From the NCBI RefSeq assembly GCF_006345805.1, contig NC_043003.1, forward strand, positions 40,424,001-40,488,000: a stretch of DNA of 64,000 nucleotides. Reading direction: 5' to 3'. This stretch comes from Octopus sinensis. Taxonomy: Eukaryota. The position numbers were made by a program, and so were the translations under genes. Below are positions 56,232 through 64,000 of the stretch, piece after piece. The notes below the pieces were generated by a model. That model saw nothing but the letters and a program-made list of their open reading frames with translations, ran no database searches and was not told the origin of the DNA. Position 1 is the first letter of the stretch. The number at the start of each line of letters is the position of its first letter.

Positions 56232-56833
56232 GTGTATGTATGTATGTATGTATGTATGTATATATGTGTGTGTATGGAGGTACATACAATTTATCATCTG
56301 CTCACTGAAAAACATTACACTAGCAAGAAAACCAAATTACATTTTGTTTATTAAACGTCTATTTACACAGCAATAGCAAATATATGTTTATTAAAGGTAT
56401 TGATGTAAACATTTACAATTTAACTATATACAAGCCCACATGCTGTTTCATCACTTTAGTTAATTAACACCTTCCCAGGTACTTCACGGCCATTCTGATT
56501 TAGTACCATTCAGATTTCGAAATATCCTTTGTACCTAATATAGATCTAGGCCGAGCGAAAGATGTATAGTCTTTGAAGATGGCCGGGAGAAGTACGAATG
56601 AACGTGTGAAAGAAACGAGTGTCGCTGATAGCTATTACACTTAAATCAAATGTCTTGCAGCCGTTGATTAGGTGGCTGTCATTCTTCAGGGCGAAGAACA
56701 TTCCAGTATCTTATTTACACTTGCACTATTGTCGTGATTGTTGTAAAGAAACTAAATTAAGTGGTGTTTATTCCGTGTCTTCTTTGCCTTTCTTTTATTG
56801 TTACCTTTTCTTTGGGCTTTCCGAACGGGACTT

Positions 56834-56979
56834 TAGGCATTTGAAGTTTATCGCGGCCATGAAATCTTTCATATCTTCTGGAGAATGTTATGTTGTAACA
56901 TAACATTCTCCAGAAGATATGAAAAACATTCTCCAGAAGATATGAAAGATTTCATGGCCGCGATAAACCCTAATGCCTA
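56834..56979. repeat. long palindrome, GT-centred, with a 23-bp duplication in the right arm
   Basis: 'gtttatcgcggccatgaaatctttcatatcttctggagaatgttatgtt' + GT + its reverse complement. Confidence 0.9.
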
Positions 56980-57177
56980 TCTCACTCTATCTCCCAAAAT
57001 CCTATTCCGCCAATCTCCAGCTATCTCCGGCTATCTCCGTCTATCTCCGGCAATCTCCGGCAATCTCCGGAAATCTCCGGTAATCTCCGGCTATCCCCGG
57101 CAATCTCCGGCAATCTCCGGAAATCTCCGGTAATCTCCGGCTATCCCCGGCAATCTCCGGCAATCTCCGGTAATCTC
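56978..57177 (-). repeat. (ATCTCCGGCA)n decamer satellite, inverted relative to 58471-59467
   Basis: 10-bp periodicity. Also matches the reverse complement of ~59100-59180, including the spacer. Confidence 0.9.
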
Positions 57178-57182
57178 ATGAA

Positions 57183-57234
57183 AACCACATGAACAGTCCA
57201 CCATCATGTATGATGGTGGACTGTTCATGTGGTT
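57183..57234. repeat. perfect palindrome with 25-bp arms, GT-centred
   Basis: aaccacatgaacagtccaccatcat-GT-atgatggtggactgttcatgtggtt. Confidence 0.95.
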
Positions 57235-57827
57235 ATCAACAATACTTTCTCATTTTAGGTTTTACAGAATAGGTTGTTTATCACCTTATGAAGCATCTCA
57301 CTATTTTTCTTCTCTCTTAACGTTGTGTGTAGTCTTATCGACTTCCCGTTCTACTTTCAGATAACTGTGATGTGTTACCGTAAGTAAACAGTCGATCGGT
57401 GGTTGGGCGGAGTTTTCATCTTCTTGTCCGTAGACTATCTCCCCTTCCTTCCTTTTTCTGTACTTTCTGTTCCATACTCAGATTTCCATTTGTCATAAAG
57501 CTTTAGCCTTTTCTCACCATCGCAAGACGATGCTTTGAAAACATTGCTTGCAGCTTCTGATCGATTATGTTCCATAGGAGAGGAGAGGCTACTGTTTCTC
57601 ATTGCCTCACATCCATGTCTATTGATACGGGCGAAGATTAGGATGAAGCAACTTTGTTTTCAATCTGGACATTATATGAGTGGTGAACAGTAATGTTACT
57701 GCAGCAGTGGCACTAACGGTCATACTTCACTCTTTGAACTTCATGAGTCTGCCATTTGGAGGAGGCCGTCAGGCGATATCGTCGATCCCGTTACTCAACT
57801 AGAACTTATTTTATCGACCCCCAAATG

Positions 57828-57961
57828 GATGAGATCACCATGTCTCGCACAAATGGTTGTGATGCATCTGCCTAGTGTACCCTTATCAGACGGATAGTCA
57901 TAATGGGCTTCGTATATTTTACCCCAGTGTCAATTTGATGGCATGCACTGTTCTCACACTC
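57828..57961 (+). mobile_element. element family C, 3' end with (AAT)n tail
   Basis: Matches the 3' end of 22260-22398. Confidence 0.85.
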
Positions 57962-57971
57962 AATAATAATG

Positions 57972-58047
<76 letters not shown>

Positions 58048-58199
58048 TAATAATAAAAATAATGATGATGAAGATGATGACGGCGATGATGCTTTCTTTC
58101 GGTATAGGACAATACAATGTTAGGTTACATAAAAAGCGTGTAAAAAATAAAACAGACACAATAAAATTATAACAATGAATAATTCTCCAAAAGAAGGAG

Positions 58200-58430
58200 A
58201 CGGTCTAGGGCTGCTCGTGGAGACCCCACAAAAACCATGGTCATCCTGACTACTAGGGGAAGTGCCCTCTTCACATTGTCCTTCTTCAACTTACAGGCGC
58301 ATACTTAGAGCAGGCTCGCTCATTCGGACCTTTCTTACAACAGTCACCCGCTTTTTAACAAAATTGCTGAGTTAGCGCTTCCCTCTCTACCATCACTTTG
58401 CTTTTCTAGTGAAACTTGAAAAAGTTGGGC
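58200..58430 (-). mobile_element. possible L1/Tx1 3' terminal fragment
   Basis: Minus translation NFFKFH*KSKVMVERE resembles Tx1 ORF2 C-termini. Confidence 0.35.
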
Positions 58431-58470
58431 CAAAGCTAGGCTGACAAGATTTCCATGTCTGTAGAGTTTA

Positions 58471-59467
58471 TCCCGGAGGTTGCCGGAGTTTGCCGGAGAT
58501 TGCCGGAGATTGCCGGAGATAGCCGGAGACTGACGGAGATTGCCGGAGATTGGCGGAGATTGGCGGAATAGCATTTTGGGAGATTTCCCAATAATGCTGG
58601 GTGTTAAAACACCCAGTGTGAGATAGAGATAGAGTGAGATTGGCGGAGTTTGCCGGAGATTGGTGGAGTTTGCTGGAGATTGCCGGAGATTGCCGGATAT
58701 TGCCTTGAGTTTACCGGAGATTGCCGGAGTTTGCCGGAGATTGTCGCAGTTTGCCGGAGATTGCCGGAGATTTCCGGAGATTACCGAAGATAGCCGGAGA
58801 TTGCCGGAGATAGCCGAAGATTGCTGGAGATTTCCGGAGATAGCCGGAGATAGACGGATATAGACAGATATAGCCAGAGATAGCTGGGGATTGACGGAAT
58901 AGCATTTTGGAAGATAGAGTGAGATAGGCGGAGATAGAATGAGATTGGCGATGTTTGCCGAAGTTTACCGGAGATTACCGGAGTTTGCCGGATATTGACG
59001 GAGATAGCCGGAGATTGCCGGAGATTGCCGGAGATTGACGGAGATAGCCGGAGATAGCCAGAGATTGCCGGAGATTGCCGAGGATAACCGGAAATTGCCG
59101 GAGATTGCCGGATATTGCCGGAGATAGACGGAAATAGCTGGAGATTGGCGGAATAGAATTTGGGGAGATAGAGTGAAATAGGCGGAGATAGAGTGAGATT
59201 GGCGGACATTAGCGTAGATAGGCGGAGATTGGCGGGGATTGGCGGGGATTGGCGGAGATAGGCGGAGATAGGCGGAGATAGGCGGAGATTGGCGGAGATT
59301 GATGGAGATTGCCGGAGATAGGTGGAATACCATTTTGGGAGATTTCCTAATAATACTGGGTGCTAAAACATCAGGGAGAGAGGGTGAGAGTGAGATTGGC
59401 AGAAATTGGCGTAGATGGGCGGAAATTTACGGAGATAGGCGGAGATTGGCGGAGATACGCGGAGATA
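58471..59467 (+). repeat. (TGCCGGAGAT)n decamer satellite with higher-order spacers
   Basis: Decamer runs interrupted by 'ggaatagcattttgggagat..' at ~58565, ~58897, ~59150 and ~59325. Confidence 0.92.
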
Positions 59468-60970
59468 AAATATAATAAAATGAAATAAAAATATAAAATA
59501 AACAAAATGAAATAAAAAATAAACTAAAAAAATAAGAATAAAATAAAAATAAAATAAAACAAAATAGAATAAAATAAAATAAAATGAAAAATAAAATAAA
59601 AAATAAAATAAATATTTTATGTTATTTTATTTTATTTGTTTATTTTTATTCTATTTTATCTTATTTTATTTTTTTTAACAAAAAAGTAAATAAATCAATA
59701 AATAAATAAAATAAAATAAGAATAAAACAATTAAAAAATTAAAAATAAGATAAAATAATATAAAATAAAATAAAAATAAAAAAAATAAAATAAAATGTAA
59801 TAAAATAAATATAAAATAAAATAAAATCACATAAAATAAAATAAAAAAAATGAAATAAAATAATAAGTTAAAATAAAATAAAAAACCAAAATGAAATAAA
59901 AAAATAAAATAAAATAGAATAAAAGAAAAAAATAAAATAAAATAAAATAAATATTTATTTTGTATTTTTTTAATTTAATTTATTTTTTATTAACAAATAA
60001 AAAAATAAGAATAAAATAAAATAAAATAAACAAAATAGAATAAAATAAAATAAAATAAAAATAAAATAAAAAATAAAATAAATATTTTATGTTATTTTAT
60101 TTTATTTGTTTATTTTTATTCTATTTTATCTTATTTTATTTTTTTTAACAAAAAAGTAAATAAATCAATAAATAAATAAAATAAAATAAGAATAAAACAA
60201 TTAAAAAATTAAAAATAAGATAAAATAATATAAAATAAAATAAAAAAAAAAAAATAAAATAAAATGTAATAAAATAAATATAAAATAAAATAAAATCACA
60301 TAAATAAAATAAAAAAAATGAAATAAAATAATAGTTCAAAATAAAAATAAAAAACCAAAATGAAATAAAAAAAAAAATAAAATAGAATAAAAGAAAAAAA
60401 TAAAATAAAAATAAAATAAATATTTATTTTGTATTTTTTTAATTTAATTTATTTTTTATTAACAAATAAAAAAAATAAGAATTAAATAAAATAGAATAAA
60501 ATATAATAAAGTAAAATAAAAAATAAAATAAAATAAAAAATACGATTGAAAACTAACATAACATAAATAGAATAGAATAAAATAAAAAATAAAGCTAAAA
60601 AATAAAATAAAATAAAATAAAAAATAAATAAAATAAAAAATAAAATGAAATAAAAAATAAAATAAAATAATAAAATAAAATAAAATAGAATAAAATAAAA
60701 TAATATAAAAGATAAAATAAAAAATAAAATAAATATTTTATTTTATTTTATTTTTTAAAATGCTTTTAATTTAATTTAATTTAATTTATTTTAATTTTTT
60801 TATTTTAGTATATCTTTAATTTCTTAATTTTTTAAATTTTTATTTAAAAAAATTAAATAAAATAAATTTTAAAAAAAGATTAAAAAAATATAAAAATTTT
60901 TTTTTATTTTCTTATTTCATTTTATCTTATTTATTATTTTATTTTTTATTAATAAATAAAATAAAAGTTC
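59467..60970. repeat. (AAAAT)n AT-only satellite with ~470-bp tandem duplication and strand switches
   Basis: Landmarks repeat at 59611/60081 and 59822/60291. Confidence 0.9.
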
Positions 60971-61239
60971 TTTTACTTTTTTGATTTTTCTGGTCGTTGT
61001 GACAAATTTGGGACAAATCCCGTTTAAGTGACCTCCCAGGTTCGTATTTTGCCATTTGAAAATCTTTCGCCATCAGGCTGGCAGCCTTCTGACGGGCGCC
61101 CTTTCTGTATAACCATTGGACAAGCGATTCGGTGTACTGTTAGACATTTTCTTTTCAAGTAAAGTTAAATTATTATTAAGTTTTCATTTAAAAAAGAAAT
61201 TACTACTAATCTTCATCCAGGGGCCTCATTTATCATCAT

Positions 61240-61600
61240 TAGCAGCAGCAGCCCCAGTAGTTGTAGCAGCAGCAATATCACTGTAGCAGCAGCGATAGTA
61301 GCAATAGTAATGGCAGCAGCAGTAGTAGCAGCAACAGCAGCAGCAGCAGTGGTAGTACCAGCAGTAGTAGCAGCAGCGGTGGTAGCAGCAGCAGTAGTAG
61401 CAGTAACAGCAGCAGTGGTAGCAATAGTAGTAGCAGTGACAGCAGCAGCAGTGGTAGCAGTGACAGCAGTAGTAGCAGCAACAGCAGCAGTAGCAGTAGT
61501 AGTAGTAGTAGCAGTAGTAGCAGTAATTGCAGTAGTAGCAGTAGTAGCTACAGCAGCAGCAGCACCAGTAACAGTAGTAGTAGCAGCAGTAGTAGTAGAA
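61240..61600. repeat. mixed (GCA)/(GTA) trinucleotide repeat
   Basis: Direct. Confidence 0.95.
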
Positions 61601-61803
61601 GTAAGTGTGGCTCATGTAATTTTTTTTTAGGTGGGATGGGGTCCGATCGGTCAAAAAAAGTTCAAATGTCTACTACTACTAGCACCAAACAGTGCCCTTA
61701 ACCTTAAAAAAAAAAAATTAAGGAAGGGCCGAGTTACTCTGTTCTGTATAATTTGTGAATAGAGAAGTTGTGTTCGACCAGAGAGAATCTATTATTAGTA
61801 TCA

Positions 61804-61857
<54 letters not shown>

Positions 61858-61962
61858 GCTATTGCTTTTGCTCAGCTTCTAACGCTGGAGATGTACTACG
61901 GTGTCAGCTGTTCCCTACCAGTGAACTAAGGTAACACCTCTTAATTTTCGAGCACCTTCCGG

Positions 61963-62058
<96 letters not shown>

Positions 62059-62554
62059 GTTGTTTTTGTTGGGTTTTTTTCGCGTTTCCACTTTTGAGCT
62101 AGTTTCCGCAATACAACACCAAATAAAGGTTTGTTTTAGAATTTTTGCGACTTATGAAATTACAATAGTACAGAAAATTCTATGACGTTCTTGTGTTTTA
62201 GAAAAAAAAATAACCTGCTGCCGTTTATGGAAATCGTTCTTGAAATTAACATTATTTTTCTTCTTCTTAAATTTATTAGCAACAACGGAAAAAAGAAGAG
62301 CAATAATACCAACAACAGCAAAATCAACAACACTAGTATAATCTATTGCATGCAAGAAAGCAGGCAGAAAAGTTACAGCTGTTACAGAAACAATATAAGA
62401 AAAGCAATGAAAACACAAATATTGGCAGCAATAGAAGTGTCTGATCTAAAGTAATAATGTAGAAGAAGCAGTGTTGGAAGAAAAGCAATAATATTAACAA
62501 GAAGAAAAACAGCAACAGTTAAAGTAACCCCGACGAAGGCAACAACAACAATTC

Positions 62555-62975
62555 TTTCTAATTTTGACACAAGGCCAGCAATTCTTGAAGGAAGAGGGCA
62601 AATTGATTGCGTCGATCCCAATACTTGACTGGTACCTATTCTATCGACTTGAAAATGGTGAAAAAGAAACTTGACCGGCGAAATTTGAGATCAGAATGTA
62701 AAGAGTCGGGAGAAATATGGCTAAGTATTTTGTCCGACGCGCTAACGATTCTGCCAGTTTGCTACGGTAATTGTTTCAAATTTTGGCACAAGCCGAGCAG
62801 TTTTAGGGGAGTGCGTTAGTCGTTACTATTGACTCAAATACTTGACTAACACTTTAATTTATCGACCCACCCAGAGGGTTGAAAAAAACAAACTTGGCCT
62901 CGGTGGACTAGTGAGTTGTAAGAGTTATTCTGACATTTTGTCCGACGCTCTAACGATTCTGCCAGCTCGTCTTAA
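62555..62975 (-). mobile_element. two degenerate SINE family B copies
   Basis: Tail, core and head relics occur twice. Confidence 0.65.
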
Positions 62976-63044
62976 AAGTGATAACAACAGTAGTAAAAAA
63001 AAGCTACAAGAACAGTTTTGTATAATAGCAACAACAACCACAGT

Positions 63045-63150
63045 GGAGGCACAATGGCCCAGTGGTTAAGGCAGCGGACTCGCGGTCGTAAGAACGCGGT
63101 TTCGATTCCCAGACCGGGCATTGTGAGTGTTTATTGCGTAAAACACCTAA
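63045..63150 (+). mobile_element. tRNA(Arg)-like SINE family D head
   Basis: 'ggaggcacaatggcccagtggttaaggcagcggactcgcggtc...ggtttcgattccc'. Confidence 0.75.
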
Positions 63151-63890
63151 CCCCGCTGTACTCTTTCACCACAACTTTCACCACAACTTTCTCACTCTTT
63201 CTTCCTACTTCTGCCACAAAGCAGAGGAACATAGTGTAACCCACTATGGTGTGGTAAACTTTCAGACCCTAGTCCAGATTGCGAATCCTCTGTACGCCAG
63301 GATGGTTCAGCTCTCCACCCGTTAAAAAGCCATCGTTTACGGAATGTGGATGACAACGTAGCTTTCGCGCCTGTGCAACCGCGTGTGGTGGGTGGACCTT
63401 CAAGTTGCTACACGCATTCTTAGTAGCTTAGAGTGGACTCGAATTAGAGATTATTCTTTGTGGTTAATGGCGTGAGTCCTGATTGGAAGAACAACAATAA
63501 CCACAGTTTATAGCACCCAAAATCAACAAAAATTATGGTTTCTACTTTAGACAGAAGATCATTAATTTTTTAGTCGATACCAACGATTAGTCAATACCAA
63601 CGATACCAGTGCTTAGATTTGTAACTTGTATTTCGACCCGAAGGATTAAAGGTAAAGTTGGCTTCGGTGGGATTTGAACTCAGAATTAAATGAGATGTAA
63701 TTTAATACTGTAAGGCAATTTTATGTCGATCTAATAATTCGACTAATCTACAATAATAATTCAACTCACAGTCTCAAATCAATTGGGTGTGCTAGGCAAG
63801 AACATTCCCGAAATACAATAATTATTTGTAATTTAGGCACAATGTCAGCAGTTTTGACGGATAAGGTTTGTAAACAATATTGATCCTAGA

Positions 63891-64000
63891 AAGGCGGCGA
63901 GCTGCCAGAAACGTTAGCACGCCGGGCGAAATGCGTAGCCGTATTTCGTCTGCCGTTACGTTCTGAGTTCAAATTCCACCGCGGTCGACTTTGCCTTTCA
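63891..64000 (+). mobile_element. SINE family B (runs off window)
   Basis: 'aaggcggcgagctgccagaaacgttagcacgccgggcgaaatg...ctgagttcaaattcc'. Confidence 0.9.

Noticed and set aside
57430-57640. Stop-free minus-strand stretch that might be an exon
   Set aside because: No recognisable domain or supported splice sites.
58344-59333. ORFs with SPAISGNLRQ repeats
   Set aside because: They arise from the 10-bp satellite. The period is not a multiple of 3 and the frames are open on both strands.
61226-61654. Cys/Tyr-rich and Ala/Val-rich ORFs
   Set aside because: They are translations of a GCA/GTA trinucleotide repeat.
63045-63120. tRNA-Arg gene
   Set aside because: The acceptor stem is not convincing and the sequence runs into a SINE body shared with 14815-15070.
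63190-63490. GC-richer segment possibly derived from an R2-like LINE
   Set aside because: The motif similarity is too weak to support a call.

Overview
This is repeat-saturated eukaryotic DNA. It is AT-rich, full of microsatellites, and has a 100-N gap at 6638-6737. The SINE/LINE repertoire resembles octopus/cephalopod genomes (inference from family appearance, no database search). I found no intact protein-coding gene, rRNA, true tRNA or CRISPR array, and nearly all listed ORFs are translations of microsatellites or SINEs. Supported content: many copies of three tRNA-like SINE families, a ~520-bp element associated with (AAT)n, decayed LINE fragments (R4/Dong, HERO-like RLE, CR1/L2, L1/Tx1, RTE-derived), Penelope-like GIY-YIG fragments, three MITEs, a 10-bp satellite in inverted arrays and an (AAAAT)n satellite. 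Most notable are: a near-canonical type I hammerhead ribozyme inside a (TA)n tract (12398-12482) plus several degenerate hammerhead-like modules; a collapsed, intron-less dynein-heavy-chain-like relic (~9972-10720, minus); a chimeric Dong/R4 element joined at a homologous protein motif (~25687-25760); and two GT-centred palindromes bracketing an inverted satellite block (56834-57234).
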